Positions 9,731 through 21,780 are shown, counted from the first letter of the stretch. The stretch is 32,000 nt of DNA from Aliivibrio fischeri ES114 (GCF_000011805.1 NC_006840.2), one strand, 5' to 3'. Translations and numbers: made by a program. Notes: generated by a model from the sequence alone, not told the origin.

Positions 9731-10533
9731 TGACAGTGGATTTTAGTTCGCTTTTTGTTTTATATCTTTTGCTAGGTAGTATCGTTGGCGTAATGGCTGG
9801 ATTACTTGGAATCGGTGGTGGTTTGTTAGTTGTACCGGCTTTATTGTGGTTATTACCTCAAGCGGGAATCGATAGTTCAATTGTAATGCAAATGGCATTA
9901 GGTACTTCACTTGCAACGATTATTTTAACTTCAACGTCATCTGCGTTGAACCATTTACGTTTAGGTAATGTCGAAGTAGCGCTTATTCGTAGTTTAGCTC
10001 CTGGGGTGATAGCCGGTGGTTTTCTTGGTAGTTACGTTGCAGAATTAATTCCAAGCCAATATTTACCAAAAGTATTCGGCGTTATTGTGCTTCTGCTTGC
10101 TTTGCAAATGCTATTAGCGCTTAAGTTGACTGCTACCAGAACTTTACCATCTCCACTTAAAATTGCCGCTTCAGGAAGTGTTATTGGTATTGTTTCAAGC
10201 TTAGCTGGAATTGGTGGTGGCTCATTAACGGTACCGTATTTAAGCTTTCATGGTATAGAGATGAGAAAAGCCATTGGCAGTTCTTCTTTGTGCGGTACAT
10301 TGATAGCACTTGCCGGCATGATAGGTTTTATTCTTCATGGGGTACAAGTGACTAATTTACCTCCTATGAGTTTAGGATATGTTTATTTACCGGCATTATG
10401 CGGTATTGGTGTAACTTCTATTTTGACGACCAGAATAGGGGCAAAGTTAACATCGCATTTACCAACATCAACGTTAAAAAAAATCTTTGCCATATTTCTT
10501 GTATTTATTGGCAGTAAAATGTTTTTAGGATAA
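9730..10533 (+). CDS. TSUP (TauE/SafE) family membrane permease
   Basis: 267 aa, hydrophobic, repeated glycine-rich motifs ([17 protein letters not shown] / [17 protein letters not shown]). Start overlaps the ptsP stop (TAATG). Confidence 0.85.
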   Translation: MTVDFSSLFVLYLLLGSIVGVMAGLLGIGGGLLVVPALLWLLPQAGIDSSIVMQMALGTSLATIILTSTSSALNHLRLGNVEVALIRSLAPGVIAGGFLGSYVAELIPSQYLPKVFGVIVLLLALQMLLALKLTATRTLPSPLKIAASGSVIGIVSSLAGIGGGSLTVPYLSFHGIEMRKAIGSSSLCGTLIALAGMIGFILHGVQVTNLPPMSLGYVYLPALCGIGVTSILTTRIGAKLTSHLPTSTLKKIFAIFLVFIGSKMFLG

Positions 10534-10544
10534 AGAGAGTAGTC

Positions 10545-11378
10545 ATGAGTCAGGGGTATTTGAACTTCCCACATATTGATCCTGTATTAATTGAGATCGG
10601 TCCATTAGCGGTTCGTTGGTATGGATTAATGTATTTATTTGGTTTTATGTTTGCATTATGGCTTGCTAATAAGCGTGCAGATAAGCCAAATAGCGGTTGG
10701 ACACGAGATCAAGTTAGCGACCTATTGTTTGCTGGATTTTTAGGTGTAGTGATCGGCGGTCGTGTTGGTTATGTGCTGTTTTATAATTTCGGCTACTTCT
10801 TAGATAACCCACTGTACTTATTTGAAGTATGGACTGGTGGTATGTCTTTCCATGGTGGTTTACTGGGTGTGATCTCAGCAATGCTTTGGTATGGTTATAA
10901 GAATAATCGTAGTTTCTTTACGATTGCAGATTTCGTTGCACCATTAGTACCATTTGGTCTGGGAGCGGGTCGTTTAGGTAACTTTATGAATGGTGAGTTA
11001 TGGGGACGTGTTACCGATGTGCCTTGGGCAATGGTGTTCCCAACTGGCGGTCCTTTCCCTCGACATCCTTCTCAGTTATATGAATTTGCCCTTGAAGGTG
11101 TTGTATTATTCCTTATTCTAAATTGGTTTATTCGTAAACCTCGTCCATTAGGTACTGTTTCAGGTTTATTCCTATTTGGATATGGTACATTCCGATTCTT
11201 GGTTGAGTATGTACGTCAACCAGATGCACAGTTAGGATTATTTGGTGATTGGATTTCAATGGGACAAATTTTGTCACTACCAATGGTTATTGGTGGCTTA
11301 TTAATGATGCTTTGGGCATTTAAACGCAATTTGTATCCATCAATTGAGCAACCACAAAGTACGACAAAGAAAAAATAA
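10545..11378 (+). CDS. lgt: Prolipoprotein diacylglyceryl transferase
   Basis: 277 aa; [56 protein letters not shown]. Confidence 0.97.
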   Translation: MSQGYLNFPHIDPVLIEIGPLAVRWYGLMYLFGFMFALWLANKRADKPNSGWTRDQVSDLLFAGFLGVVIGGRVGYVLFYNFGYFLDNPLYLFEVWTGGMSFHGGLLGVISAMLWYGYKNNRSFFTIADFVAPLVPFGLGAGRLGNFMNGELWGRVTDVPWAMVFPTGGPFPRHPSQLYEFALEGVVLFLILNWFIRKPRPLGTVSGLFLFGYGTFRFLVEYVRQPDAQLGLFGDWISMGQILSLPMVIGGLLMMLWAFKRNLYPSIEQPQSTTKKK

Positions 11379-11398
11379 GTTAGAATAGTTTTATTATA

Positions 11399-11431
11399 TA
11401 GTGGCCTCTGAACTCATGAGGCCATTTTTTT
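11399..11431 (+). terminator. Rho-independent terminator-like hairpin between lgt and thyA
   Basis: TGGCCTC-tgaactcat-GAGGCCA followed by TTTTTTT. Confidence 0.8.
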
Positions 11432-11456
11432 AAGTTAAATTTTGAGAGAAATGACC

Positions 11457-12308
11457 GTGAAGCAGTATTTAGATTTATGCCAACGCATTGTAGATGAAGG
11501 AACTTGGATCGAAAACGAGCGCACAGGAAAGCGTTGTTTAACGGTGATTAATGCGGATTTAACTTATGATGTAGAAAATGGTGTTTTCCCTCTTGTGACA
11601 ACGCGTAAAAGCTTTTGGAAAGCGGCAGTAGCTGAAATGATTGGTTATATTCGTGGTTACGATAGCGCAGAAGACTTCCGTAAAATTGGAACAAAAACAT
11701 GGGATGCGAATGCTAACCTTAACGATGCATGGCTAAACAACCCTCATCGTAAAGGTGATGATGACATGGGCCGAGTATATGGTGTGCAAGGTCGTTCATG
11801 GGCAAAACCAAATGGTGAGTTTGTCGATCAACTGAAAAAAATCATTGATGATTTAAGTCAGGGAATTGATGATCGTGGTGAGATTTTAAATTTTTATAAC
11901 CCAGGTGAGTTTGATATGGGATGTTTGCGTCCGTGTATGTACTCACACCATTTTTCATTACTTGGTGATACGTTATATTTAAACAGTACGCAACGTTCAT
12001 GTGATGTTCCGCTAGGGCTTAATTTCAATATGGTTCAAGTGTATTTCTTATTAGCGATAGTGGCACAAATTACAGGGCATAAAGCAGGTAAGGCGTACCA
12101 TAAGATTGTAAATGCACATATTTATGAAGACCAACTTGAACTAATGCAAAGTGTGCAGCTAAAGCGTGAACCGTTACAAGCCCCAATCTTTAAAATAAAC
12201 CCTGAAATTAAGTCACTAGAAGATTTAGAAACATGGGTAACTATGGATGACTTTGAAGTGATTGGCTATGAAAGCCACGAAGCAATTAAGTATCCTTTTT
12301 CTGTTTAA
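11457..12308 (+). CDS. thyA: Thymidylate synthase; start proposed at GTG 11457 (283 aa) rather than the listed TTG at 11442
   Basis: GTG 11457 gives [15 protein letters not shown], the family N-terminus, with GAGAG at suitable spacing. [29 protein letters not shown] and YPFSV end are present. Confidence 0.95.
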   Translation: MKQYLDLCQRIVDEGTWIENERTGKRCLTVINADLTYDVENGVFPLVTTRKSFWKAAVAEMIGYIRGYDSAEDFRKIGTKTWDANANLNDAWLNNPHRKGDDDMGRVYGVQGRSWAKPNGEFVDQLKKIIDDLSQGIDDRGEILNFYNPGEFDMGCLRPCMYSHHFSLLGDTLYLNSTQRSCDVPLGLNFNMVQVYFLLAIVAQITGHKAGKAYHKIVNAHIYEDQLELMQSVQLKREPLQAPIFKINPEIKSLEDLETWVTMDDFEVIGYESHEAIKYPFSV

Positions 12309-12328
12309 TATTATTTATTAGATATAAT

Positions 12329-12365
12329 AAAAAAGCCCCGAAGCATAACTTCGGGGCTTTTTTTA
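12329..12365. terminator. Bidirectional terminator between convergent thyA and nptA
   Basis: AAAAAAGCCCCGAAG-cataa-CTTCGGGGCTTTTTTT; A-run and T-run on both flanks. Confidence 0.92.
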
Positions 12366-12381
12366 TTCGTGTTTTTTAGTT

Positions 12382-13527
12382 TTAAACTGTTAGTGCTAAT
12401 ACACTACCAGGTAGGATAATAAATACAAAACCTAAATATCCAGCTACCACACTTCTGTTACGGTTAGCCATTTCAGCAATCCACTCAGCACCTTTAATTG
12501 GTAACTCACGTAAGAATGGCGTACCGAAGATTACTAGCGTTGCTATAACGTTAAAGCATAAGTGAACTAGTGCAATTTGTAGAGCGAATACTGCATACTC
12601 ACCAGACACTGCTGTTGCTGCTAGTAGAGCTGTTACACAAGTACCAATGTTAGCACCTAGAGTAAATGGATATACATCGCGAACTTTAAGAACACCAGTA
12701 CCAACTAGCGGAACCATTAAACTTGTCGTTGTTGATGATGATTGAACAAGAACCGTAACCGCAGTACCTGATGCAATACCGTGTATAGGACCACGACCGA
12801 TTGCACTTTTAAGTAGTTCTTTTGCACGACCAACCATTAGGCTCTTCATTAACTTACCCATTAAGGTAATAGCGATGAACAAAATCGTAATACCAAGAGC
12901 AATCATTAGTAGACCACCAGTCATACTACCAAAGCTTGATAGTGGCTCTTGAATAGCACTGATTACCGGCTTTGTAATAGGCTTAATAAAATCAAAGCCT
13001 TTCATGCTCATATCACCAGCATTTAGTAGCGGAGATACTAACCATGCTGATAGTTTTTGGAAAATACCAAACATCATCTCTAATGGTAAGAAAATAGTTA
13101 CCGCTAGTAGGTTGAAGAAGTCATGAACTGTCGCACAAGCAAAAGCACGTCTAAATTCGTTCTTACAACGAGCATGACCAAGACTTACTAGTGTATTTGT
13201 AACGGTTGTACCAATGTTTGCACCCATAACCATAGGGATAGCTGTTTCAACAGGTAAGCCACCAGCTACTAATCCAACAATAATTGAAGTAACTGTTGAA
13301 GATGATTGAATTAACGCTGTTGCCACTAAGCCGATCATTAAGCCCGCAATTGGGTGAGCAGCAAATTCAAAAAGAACTTTTGCTTCTTGACCTACAGACC
13401 ATTTAAAGCCTGTACCAACCATAGAAACGGCTAAAAGAAGAAGGTAAAGCATAAATGCTAAGTTTGCCCAACGCAGCATGCGCGAGGTATTGCTCATTGT
13501 TGCTGCAGAAATTGATTGGGTATTCAT
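12382..13527 (-). CDS. nptA: Na+/phosphate symporter (NptA/PNaS family)
   Basis: 381 aa; duplicated QSSSTVTS / QSSSTTTSLMVP motifs with GANIGTTVTNT / GANIGTCVTALLAA, typical of Na/Pi cotransporters. Confidence 0.92.
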   Translation of the reverse strand: MNTQSISAATMSNTSRMLRWANLAFMLYLLLLAVSMVGTGFKWSVGQEAKVLFEFAAHPIAGLMIGLVATALIQSSSTVTSIIVGLVAGGLPVETAIPMVMGANIGTTVTNTLVSLGHARCKNEFRRAFACATVHDFFNLLAVTIFLPLEMMFGIFQKLSAWLVSPLLNAGDMSMKGFDFIKPITKPVISAIQEPLSSFGSMTGGLLMIALGITILFIAITLMGKLMKSLMVGRAKELLKSAIGRGPIHGIASGTAVTVLVQSSSTTTSLMVPLVGTGVLKVRDVYPFTLGANIGTCVTALLAATAVSGEYAVFALQIALVHLCFNVIATLVIFGTPFLRELPIKGAEWIAEMANRNRSVVAGYLGFVFIILPGSVLALTV

Positions 13528-13942
13528 AGTAAAGCTCCGTACCGAGAAATTATGTTGTCGGTTTATTTAATCTGAAGCGATAGTAGATAACGAATATTTC
13601 AGAAATATTACAGTGAAAGAGAAAACTGTAATAAATGCGTCATATTCGATTATTTGAATGAATGGGTGATTTTTACTATTTTTAAGTTATTGATATTAAG
13701 GGTTTTGTGTGCGTTATTAGAAAATGGAATATAAATTATTTTTTGGGATTATTTTGTTCTATGTTTCGTTAGTATGACATTTTGAAGAATCTGGATGCGG
13801 AAAAAACGAATAATTTTGATATTTATATTATTTTTTACGAAGTGTTTGCTATTACTGTAATAAATGACGTATCTTGCTTAGAGCAAAATAATATTAACGA
13901 TTATTGCAGTAATTCAGAACATGAGTGATAAAAGGATTCATA

Positions 13943-14833
13943 ATGTCTCATTTAAACTATAACCATCTTTATTATTTTTGGATGGTATGCAAACAAGGTT
14001 CAGTAACTAAAGCGGCTGAGGCATTATTTCTTACTCCTCAAACCGTAACAGGTCAAATTAAAGCCCTAGAAGATAGACTTGATGGAAAGTTAACTAAACG
14101 TAATGGTCGTAATATTGAGCCTACAGAGCTAGGCCAACTTATTTATAAATACGCCGATCGTATGTTTGGTTTAAGTTATGAAATGCTAGATATCGTTAAT
14201 TATAGTCAGCAAGCAAACGTACTGTTTGATGTTGGTGTTGCTGATGCGCTTTCTAAAAGGTTGGTTAGTAAGGTGCTTTCAACAACCGTTCCTGAAGATG
14301 CATCCATTCACTTACGTTGTTTTGAATCGACGCATGAATTATTACTAGAACAATTATCTCAACATAAATTGGATATGATCCTTTCAGACTGTCCTGTAGA
14401 TTCAAGTCAAAATTCAGGGTTATTCAGTAAAAAGTTGGGTGAATGTGAGATGAGCTTTTTTTGTTCAAAAGAACTTAAAGGAGTGACATTTCCTGAGGTA
14501 TTAGAAAAACATAAGGTATTAATACCAGGTAGTCGTACTTCAATGGGAAGAAAAGTGGTTCAATGGTGCGATCAACAAGGCGTGACTCCAAATATTTTAG
14601 GTGAGTTTGATGATGTTGCATTAATGAAAGCATTTGCTCGTGAAAATAATGCGGTTTTTTTAGCGCCTTCCGTATATATGAATGAAGCGGATTCTGATTT
14701 ATCTTTACATAAGATTGCAGATGTAAGAGATCTAAAAGAAGAGTATTACGTCATTTTTGCAGAGAGAATGATACAGCACCCAGCGGTGAAAAGTATTTGT
14801 GAAGCAGACTTCTCGCATTTATTTGATTTTTAA
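13943..14833 (+). CDS. nhaR: LysR-family regulator NhaR; start proposed at ATG 13943 (296 aa), not GTG 13925
   Basis: [43 protein letters not shown]; AAAGGA ahead of ATG 13943. Confidence 0.93.
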   Translation: MSHLNYNHLYYFWMVCKQGSVTKAAEALFLTPQTVTGQIKALEDRLDGKLTKRNGRNIEPTELGQLIYKYADRMFGLSYEMLDIVNYSQQANVLFDVGVADALSKRLVSKVLSTTVPEDASIHLRCFESTHELLLEQLSQHKLDMILSDCPVDSSQNSGLFSKKLGECEMSFFCSKELKGVTFPEVLEKHKVLIPGSRTSMGRKVVQWCDQQGVTPNILGEFDDVALMKAFARENNAVFLAPSVYMNEADSDLSLHKIADVRDLKEEYYVIFAERMIQHPAVKSICEADFSHLFDF

Positions 14834-14896
14834 TTTGCAATTACAGTAAGTAACAAGCTAAATTAGCCAGAGCTAAATTAGAAGGTGGGCGTCTAT

Positions 14897-15193
14897 ATGG
14901 ACTTACAAATGATGGAAGATAATGCACCACAAGCGGTGACATTATTAAAAGCAATGGCTAACGAACGTAGATTGTTCATTTTGTGCTTACTATTAGATGG
15001 CGAATTGTCGGTAGGTCAAATTGCAGAAAAATTAGAATTAAGTCAATCAGCACTGTCACAACACTTAGGCTGGCTACGTCGTGATGAGTTAGTCTCAACA
15101 AGAAAAGAATCTCAAACGGTCTTTTACTCATTAAATAGTCAAGAAGTAAGATCCATGATTCAATTGCTCCACGATTTATATTGTCAAAAGTAA
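14897..15193 (+). CDS. hlyU: ArsR-family winged-helix regulator, HlyU-like; start proposed at ATG 14897 (98 aa)
   Basis: LLKAMANERRLFILCLLLDGELSVGQIAEKLELSQSALSQHLGWLRRDELVSTRKESQTVFYSL resembles Vibrio HlyU; neighbour of nhaR; AAGGTGG upstream of the ATG. Confidence 0.85.
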   Translation: MDLQMMEDNAPQAVTLLKAMANERRLFILCLLLDGELSVGQIAEKLELSQSALSQHLGWLRRDELVSTRKESQTVFYSLNSQEVRSMIQLLHDLYCQK

Positions 15194-15251
15194 GTTAAAG
15201 GAGAGGAAGGGGTTGTAAAAGCTTTTTCTTTTTTCTTCAAATTGCAGATAT

Positions 15252-15279
15252 AAAAAAACCGACCTAAGTCGGTTTTTTC
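15252..15279. terminator. Bidirectional terminator between convergent hlyU and rpsT
   Basis: AAAAAAACCGAC-ctaa-GTCGGTTTTTT. Confidence 0.9.
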
Positions 15280-15307
15280 TTATTTCTAACTGAGAATCAA
15301 ATTTCTA

Positions 15308-15568
15308 TTAAAGAGCTTTGATTGCAGCAGTGAAACGCGCTTTATGACGTGCAGCTTTATTCTTATGAATAAGGCCTTTAGTCGCCATGCGGTCTAGAAG
15401 TGGAGTTGCAGTTGCTAGTGCAGCAGTTGCAGCTTCTTTATCGCCAGCTTCGATAGCTGCGATAGTTTTTTTCATGTAAGTGCGCATCATTGAACGACGG
15501 CTAGCGTTGTGCTGGCGACGTCTTTCAGCTTGAGTTGCGCGCTTCTTAGCAGATTTACTATTTGCCAG
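15308..15568 (-). CDS. rpsT: 30S ribosomal protein S20; start codon appears to be CTG (86 aa)
   Basis: The track lists only the internal ATG (15490). The same frame continues upstream as (M)[33 protein letters not shown], the normal S20 N-terminus. First codon is CTG (15568-15566); in-frame TAG at 15574-15572; GGGAG SD 6 nt upstream of CTG. Confidence 0.94.
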   Translation of the reverse strand: MANSKSAKKRATQAERRRQHNASRRSMMRTYMKKTIAAIEAGDKEAATAALATATPLLDRMATKGLIHKNKAARHKARFTAAIKAL

Positions 15569-15787
15569 GGTCTACTCCCAAAACGTAGTTCGGTGACAAT
15601 TTAAGGTCGGGAAATATGCACCCTTTGAACCCAAATGTCAAATGATTTGTGTAAAAACCAAGCTGTCTCAAACAAAAGTTTGATGAAACTGGCAAAACAC
15701 GGTTAAGATGACGTGCATTCTAACAGCATTTTTTCCAGTTAGTAAGCTCTTTATGGTCATCATTACCATCTTTATGAGGTTTTTTTT

Positions 15788-17347
15788 GTGAGTAAACGAC
15801 TTTTACGTTCTGGCTTAATAGTCAGCATCATGACTTTAGTGTCTCGAGTTCTCGGTTTAGTCCGTGATGTCGTGGTTGCAAATCTTATGGGCGCAGGAGC
15901 ATCGGCTGATGTTTTCTTCTTTGCAAATAAGATCCCCAACTTTTTACGTCGTCTATTTGCAGAGGGCGCTTTTTCTCAAGCATTTGTCCCTGTTTTAACT
16001 GAATACCATGCCAGTGGGGATGACAACAAAACGCGTGAATTAATTGCAAAAGCCTCGGGAACGCTTGGGGTTCTTGTTACCATCGTCACCTTCTTTGGTA
16101 TTATTGGCTCAGGTGTCGTCACTGCATTGTTTGGTGCAGGTTGGTTTATGGATTGGCTTAATGATGGTCCAGCAGCACCTAAATTTGAGTTGGCCAGCTT
16201 TCTTTTAAAAATTACCTTTCCTTATTTATGGTTTATCACATTTGTAGCCTTGTCGGGCGCCATTTTAAATACCCTTGGTAAGTTTGCTGTTTCTTCTTTT
16301 ACACCTGTTTTCCTTAATATAGCTATTATTGCGTGTGCATATTTTGTCTCTCCTAATTTGGAGCAGCCAGAAATCGGTTTAGCAATAGGTGTCTTTTTAG
16401 GCGGTTTAATCCAATTCTTATTCCAACTTCCATTTCTTTATAAAGCAAAGATGTTAGTTCGCCCACAATGGGGGTGGAATGATCCTGGTGTGGTAAAAAT
16501 CAGAACCTTAATGATCCCAGCATTATTTGGTGTGTCTGTTAGTCAAATCAACTTATTATTTGATACCTTTATTGCCAGCTTTTTAGCGACGGGCTCGATC
16601 AGTTGGCTATATTATTCAGATCGTCTGTTAGAGTTTCCTTTAGGGCTATTTGGTATTGCTATTGCAACCGTGATATTACCAGCATTATCACGTAAACATG
16701 TCGATGCCGAAGGCGATGGATTCTCACAAACTATGGATTGGGGGGTGAGAATGGTGATTTTACTTGGTATTCCAGCCATGCTGGGCTTAATGGTATTGGC
16801 CAAACCAATGCTCATGGTTTTGTTTATGCGTGGTGAGTTTTCTCCAAATGATGTACACCAAGCTTCTCTGTCCTTATTGGCTTACGCATCTGGTTTGCTG
16901 AACTTTATGTTAATTAAGGTATTAGCGCCTGGTTATTATGCTCGTCAAGATACTAAAACACCAGTTCGTTACGGTATCATTGCCATGGTAACTAACATGT
17001 TCTTTAATGCTATTTTTGCTTATTTTTATGGCTATGTTGGTCTTGCTATGGCGACAGCATTATCTGCATTAGTTAATATGGTTCTCTTATATAGAGGACT
17101 GCATTTAGCAAACGTATATAAATTATCAAAAGAGACGGTATTTTTTGTATTGAAGCTAATTGTGTCAGGCGGTGTTATGGTATCTATTTTACTGTGGCTG
17201 ATGCCGAGCATGAGCATCTGGTTAGAGTGGGATTTGGCTAAGCGAGTTATGATGCTATTTGCCTTTATTGGTTTAGGTGCCATTTCTTACTTAATCACAG
17301 CTATTGTATTTGGATTACGCCTGCGTCATTTAAGAGCATCAGTCTAA
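15788..17347 (+). CDS. murJ: Lipid II flippase MurJ (MviN)
   Basis: 519 aa; GTG start; SRVLGLVRDVVVANLMGAGASADVFFFANKIPNFLRRLFAEGAFSQAFVPV. Confidence 0.97.
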   Translation: MSKRLLRSGLIVSIMTLVSRVLGLVRDVVVANLMGAGASADVFFFANKIPNFLRRLFAEGAFSQAFVPVLTEYHASGDDNKTRELIAKASGTLGVLVTIVTFFGIIGSGVVTALFGAGWFMDWLNDGPAAPKFELASFLLKITFPYLWFITFVALSGAILNTLGKFAVSSFTPVFLNIAIIACAYFVSPNLEQPEIGLAIGVFLGGLIQFLFQLPFLYKAKMLVRPQWGWNDPGVVKIRTLMIPALFGVSVSQINLLFDTFIASFLATGSISWLYYSDRLLEFPLGLFGIAIATVILPALSRKHVDAEGDGFSQTMDWGVRMVILLGIPAMLGLMVLAKPMLMVLFMRGEFSPNDVHQASLSLLAYASGLLNFMLIKVLAPGYYARQDTKTPVRYGIIAMVTNMFFNAIFAYFYGYVGLAMATALSALVNMVLLYRGLHLANVYKLSKETVFFVLKLIVSGGVMVSILLWLMPSMSIWLEWDLAKRVMMLFAFIGLGAISYLITAIVFGLRLRHLRASV

Positions 17348-17437
17348 ATTAAGAATTGCTTTTGTTCAGTGGTCTGAATGAGTACATTAGTATATAATTC
17401 GTCAGTTTTTTTAAGCGAATAAATTGATATTGAGATA

Positions 17438-18370
17438 ATGGAATTAATCCGAGGTATTCACAATATTACGCCAGACCATAAAGGCTGCGTAATGACGATA
17501 GGTAATTTTGATGGTGTTCATTTAGGACATCAGCAAGTATTACAACAAGTTAAGTCTAAAGCTAAAGAGCTAGGCTTACCGTCTGTCGTAATGACTTTTG
17601 AGCCTCAACCGATGGAGTTTTTTGCAAAAGAAAAGGCTCCGGCACGATTAACGCGTTTACGAGATAAATTTGTTCAGCTTAAAAAACTAGAAATAGAACG
17701 TTTATTATGTATTAATTTTAACCAGAAATTTGCAGAACAAAGCGCCGATGAGTTTGTCGAAGACTTGTTGGTGAGATTGTTGGATGTTAAGTTTTTGGTT
17801 GTGGGTGATGATTTCTGTTTTGGTAAACACCGCAAAGGAAATTTTGCCATGTTGCAAGAAGCAGGTAAAAAACATGGCTTTGAAGTGGTGAACACACAAA
17901 GTTTTTGCCTACAGCAACAACGAGTAAGTAGCACAGCAATACGTTCTGCACTTTTACATAATAAATTAGATGATGTCGCAACCATGCTAGGGCGACATTA
18001 TAGTATTACAGGTCGTGTATCCCACGGTCGAAAATTAGGACGAACCATAGGTTTTCCTACAGCGAATATCCCATTAAAACGTTGTGTTTCTCCTGTCTCT
18101 GGCGTGTATGTTGTGCAAGCTAAAGATAGCAAAGGGAAACAATTAGGTGGTGTTGCCAATATCGGTCATCGCCCAACGGTAAATGGCGCTCGTCAGCAAC
18201 TTGAAGTTCATTTCTTTGACTATAAAGGAAACCTTTATGGCCAACAGTTGGATGTTGAATTGCTTTATAAATTAAGAGATGAGCATAAATTTGAGTCTTT
18301 TGACGCTCTAAAACAACAAATAGAATTAGATTCTCAGGCAGCGCGGGTGTGGCTGTCTGAAAATAGATAA
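17438..18370 (+). CDS. ribF: Bifunctional riboflavin kinase/FAD synthetase
   Basis: 310 aa; TIGNFDGVHLGHQQVL, VVGDDFCFGKHRKG, STAIRSAL, RTIGFPTANI, GVANIGHRPTV. Confidence 0.97.
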   Translation: MELIRGIHNITPDHKGCVMTIGNFDGVHLGHQQVLQQVKSKAKELGLPSVVMTFEPQPMEFFAKEKAPARLTRLRDKFVQLKKLEIERLLCINFNQKFAEQSADEFVEDLLVRLLDVKFLVVGDDFCFGKHRKGNFAMLQEAGKKHGFEVVNTQSFCLQQQRVSSTAIRSALLHNKLDDVATMLGRHYSITGRVSHGRKLGRTIGFPTANIPLKRCVSPVSGVYVVQAKDSKGKQLGGVANIGHRPTVNGARQQLEVHFFDYKGNLYGQQLDVELLYKLRDEHKFESFDALKQQIELDSQAARVWLSENR

Positions 18371-18406
18371 CATTTCATTTCGCCCAAGTAACGGAATTAA
18401 GAATCA

Positions 18407-21265
18407 ATGAGTGACTATAAAGATACCTTGAACCTGCCAGAAACAGGATTCCCAATGCGTGGTAACTTGGCTAATCGTGAGCCAGAAATGCTTAAGCGTT
18501 GGTACGATGAAGACCTTTACGGTGAAATCCGTAAAGCGAAAAAAGGTAAGAAATCGTTCGTATTACACGACGGCCCTCCTTATGCAAATGGTGACATTCA
18601 TATTGGTCACGCACTAAACAAGATTCTTAAAGACATTATTATTAAGTCGAAAACACTTTCTGGTTTCGATGCGCCGTATGTTCCTGGTTGGGACTGCCAC
18701 GGCCTACCAATTGAATTAATGGTAGAAAAGAAAAAAGGTAAGCCGGGTCAAAAGATCTCTGCTGCTGAATTCCGTGAAGAATGTCGTAAATATGCGGCAG
18801 GCCAAGTTGAAGGTCAAAAAGAGAGCTTCAAACGTCTAGGTGTTATGGGCGAGTGGGATAAACCTTACCGCACAATGGATTTTGGTACTGAAGCAAACAT
18901 TATTCGTTCTTTAGGTAAAATTGCTGACCAAGGCCACTTATTGAAAGGTTTCAAACCTGTTCACTGGTGTACAGATTGTGGTTCTGCATTAGCTGAAGCG
19001 GAAGTTGAATACCAAGATAAAGTATCTCCATCAATTGATGTACGTTTTGTTGCCGCTGACGAAGCTGCTACATTAGCGAAATTCAGCACACCTGAAGGTC
19101 ATCAAGGTGAAGGTGAATTATCAGTTGTTATCTGGACAACAACACCTTGGACTCTTCCTGCAAACCGTGCAGTGGCATTACACGCAGATCTTGAATACGT
19201 ATTAGTACAAGTAGAAGCACACGGTGAGCAAAAAGCGCAACGTCTGATCCTTGCTTCTGAACTGGCTAAGTCAGTATTAGATCGTGCAAACATCGAACAT
19301 TACCATAACTTAGGTTTTGCTAAAGGTTCTGACTTAGAACTTCTGCAATTTAACCACCCATTCTACAACTTTACGGTTCCTGCAATTCTAGGTGAGCACG
19401 TAACGACTGATTCAGGTACAGGTATTGTTCATACAGCACCAGGCCATGGTCAAGAAGACTTCGTAGTTGGTAAAAAATACGATTTAGAAATCGCAAACCC
19501 AGTAGGTTCAAATGGTGTATACCTTCCTGATACTGAACTGTTTGCTGGCCAGCATGTATTCAAAGCAAACGACTCAGTACTTGAAGTATTGAAAGAAAAA
19601 GGTGCGCTACTGCATCATCATGCGTACGAGCACAGCTATCCGCATTGTTGGAGACACAAAACACCAATCATCTTCCGTGCAACGCCACAATGGTTCATCT
19701 CAATGGATCAAGCGGGTCTTCGTGCAAAAGCGCTAGAAGAAGTGAAGAGTGTTGAGTGGATGCCTGAATGGGGTCAAAACCGCATTGAAGGTATGATCGA
19801 AGGTCGTCCTGAATGGTGTATCTCTCGTCAACGTACTTGGGGCGTGCCAATTGCTCTGTTTGTACATAAAGAAACGGCTGAATTACACCCTGATTCACTA
19901 GAGCTAATTGAGAAAGTAGCGAAACTAGTTGAAGAAAAAGGTATTCAAGCATGGTGGGATGTTGATGCTGCTGAGCTTATGGGCGAAGAAGATGCTGCAA
20001 ACTACGAAAAAGTTTTAGATACTTTAGACGTATGGTTTGATTCTGGCGTAACTCACTTCTCTGTTGTTGACTCTCGCGAAGAATACAACTTCCCTGAAGA
20101 AGAAAGAACGCACAGTGCAGATCTTTACCTAGAAGGTTCAGATCAACACCGTGGTTGGTTCCAATCGTCGTTGATCTCATCAGTAGCAATGAAAGGTAAA
20201 GCACCTTACCGCCAAGTACTAACACACGGTTTCGTGGTGGATGGTAACGGTCGTAAGATGTCTAAATCTATCGGTAACGTTGTTGCACCTAAAGATGTAA
20301 CAAACAAACTAGGTGCAGATATTCTTCGTCTATGGGTAGCATCTACTGATTATACTAATGAAGTTGCAGTTTCGGATGAAATTCTAAAACGTTCAGCTGA
20401 CGCATACCGTCGTATTCGTAATACAGCTCGTTTCTTCCTAGCTAACTTAAGTGGCTTTAACCCAGCAACAGATATCGTTCCTGCAGAAGAAATGGTAGCG
20501 TTAGATCGTTGGGCTGTAGGTCGTGCATTTGCAGCACAGCAAGAGATCATCAAATCTTACGATGAATACAACTTACACGAAGTAACTCAGCGTTTGATGC
20601 ATTTCTGTTCAATCGAAATGGGTTCTTTCTACTTAGATGTAATTAAAGACCGTCAATACACAGCTAAGAAGGGCGGTCACGCTCAACGCAGTTGTCAAAC
20701 GGCGCTTTACTACATCGTAGAAGCATTAGTTCGTTGGATGGCTCCTATCATGTCATTCACTGCTGATGAAATCTGGAATGAAATGCCAGGTGAGCGTGAG
20801 AAATTTGTATTTACAGGCGAATGGTACCAAGGTCTATTTGATCTTGCTGAAGGTGAAGAGTTCAATAATGAATTCTGGACTGAAATCCAAGCGGTTCGTG
20901 CTTCTGTAAATAAATTACTTGAAGCTGCACGTGGTGAGAAAGTGATCGGTGGCGCACTTCAAGCAGAAGTAACGCTGTACGCTGATGACGCATTAATTGC
21001 TAAAATCAACAAATTAGAAGATGAACTGCGTTTTGTTCTTCTAACTTCAGCAGCAACTGTTAAACCACTTAGTGAGAAAACAGAATCAGCGAAAGCAACA
21101 GAATTAGATGGTCTGTTTGTTGATGTTGCTGCATCTGAAGCAGCGAAGTGTGAGCGTTGTTGGCACCATGTTGCTGATGTAGGTACTATCGAAGGTCACG
21201 AAGAAGTATGTGGTCGTTGTGTATCTAACGTTGATGGTGAAGGCGAAGAGCGTAAATTTGCATAA
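18407..21265 (+). CDS. ileS: Isoleucyl-tRNA synthetase
   Basis: 952 aa; [29 protein letters not shown]-terminal Zn-binding CERCWHH...CGRC. Confidence 0.98.
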   Translation: MSDYKDTLNLPETGFPMRGNLANREPEMLKRWYDEDLYGEIRKAKKGKKSFVLHDGPPYANGDIHIGHALNKILKDIIIKSKTLSGFDAPYVPGWDCHGLPIELMVEKKKGKPGQKISAAEFREECRKYAAGQVEGQKESFKRLGVMGEWDKPYRTMDFGTEANIIRSLGKIADQGHLLKGFKPVHWCTDCGSALAEAEVEYQDKVSPSIDVRFVAADEAATLAKFSTPEGHQGEGELSVVIWTTTPWTLPANRAVALHADLEYVLVQVEAHGEQKAQRLILASELAKSVLDRANIEHYHNLGFAKGSDLELLQFNHPFYNFTVPAILGEHVTTDSGTGIVHTAPGHGQEDFVVGKKYDLEIANPVGSNGVYLPDTELFAGQHVFKANDSVLEVLKEKGALLHHHAYEHSYPHCWRHKTPIIFRATPQWFISMDQAGLRAKALEEVKSVEWMPEWGQNRIEGMIEGRPEWCISRQRTWGVPIALFVHKETAELHPDSLELIEKVAKLVEEKGIQAWWDVDAAELMGEEDAANYEKVLDTLDVWFDSGVTHFSVVDSREEYNFPEEERTHSADLYLEGSDQHRGWFQSSLISSVAMKGKAPYRQVLTHGFVVDGNGRKMSKSIGNVVAPKDVTNKLGADILRLWVASTDYTNEVAVSDEILKRSADAYRRIRNTARFFLANLSGFNPATDIVPAEEMVALDRWAVGRAFAAQQEIIKSYDEYNLHEVTQRLMHFCSIEMGSFYLDVIKDRQYTAKKGGHAQRSCQTALYYIVEALVRWMAPIMSFTADEIWNEMPGEREKFVFTGEWYQGLFDLAEGEEFNNEFWTEIQAVRASVNKLLEAARGEKVIGGALQAEVTLYADDALIAKINKLEDELRFVLLTSAATVKPLSEKTESAKATELDGLFVDVAASEAAKCERCWHHVADVGTIEGHEEVCGRCVSNVDGEGEERKFA

Positions 21266-21780
21266 TGACTAGCGATAAGAAAACATTACCGCTGCTTAAA
21301 GAATCAGGACTCCGCTGGCTATGGCTAGCGGGGATCATCTTTATGGCAGACATCAGTATCAAATTATTTGTGATGAAAGAAATGGGTTATGGTTGGGCAA
21401 ACCGTATTGAAGTATTGCCTTTCTTTAACTTTCTTTATGTTCATAACTATGGTGCAGCATTTAGCTTTTTAAGTGATCAAGCTGGTTGGCAACGTTGGTT
21501 TTTTACTGGCATTGCTATTAGCGTATGTGGTTTGTTAGTTTATTGGATGCGTAAAGCTCCGCAGAAAGATAAATTGAATAATATTGCTTATGCACTGATC
21601 ATTGGTGGTGCTATTGGTAATGTTTTTGATCGCTTAGTTCATGGTTTCGTTGTCGATTATCTCGATTTTTATTGGGGTAATTATCATTGGCCAGCATTCA
21701 ATTTAGCGGATGCAGCCATATGTATCGGTGCGGGCTTGATCATTTTGGATGGTCTCCGCTCTGGTAAAAAAGAGCAATAA
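21265..21780 (+). CDS. lspA: Lipoprotein signal peptidase (signal peptidase II)
   Basis: 171 aa; [43 protein letters not shown]; TAATG overlap with ileS. Confidence 0.97.
   Translation: MTSDKKTLPLLKESGLRWLWLAGIIFMADISIKLFVMKEMGYGWANRIEVLPFFNFLYVHNYGAAFSFLSDQAGWQRWFFTGIAISVCGLLVYWMRKAPQKDKLNNIAYALIIGGAIGNVFDRLVHGFVVDYLDFYWGNYHWPAFNLADAAICIGAGLIILDGLRSGKKEQ

Noticed and set aside
17674-17985. 103-aa and overlapping 64-aa ORFs antisense to ribF
   Set aside because: Low-complexity Ser/Asn/Lys-rich translations opposite a conserved CDS; no promoter or RBS evidence.
19695-20225. 85-aa and 82-aa ORFs antisense to ileS
   Set aside because: Shadow ORFs opposite strongly conserved ileS.
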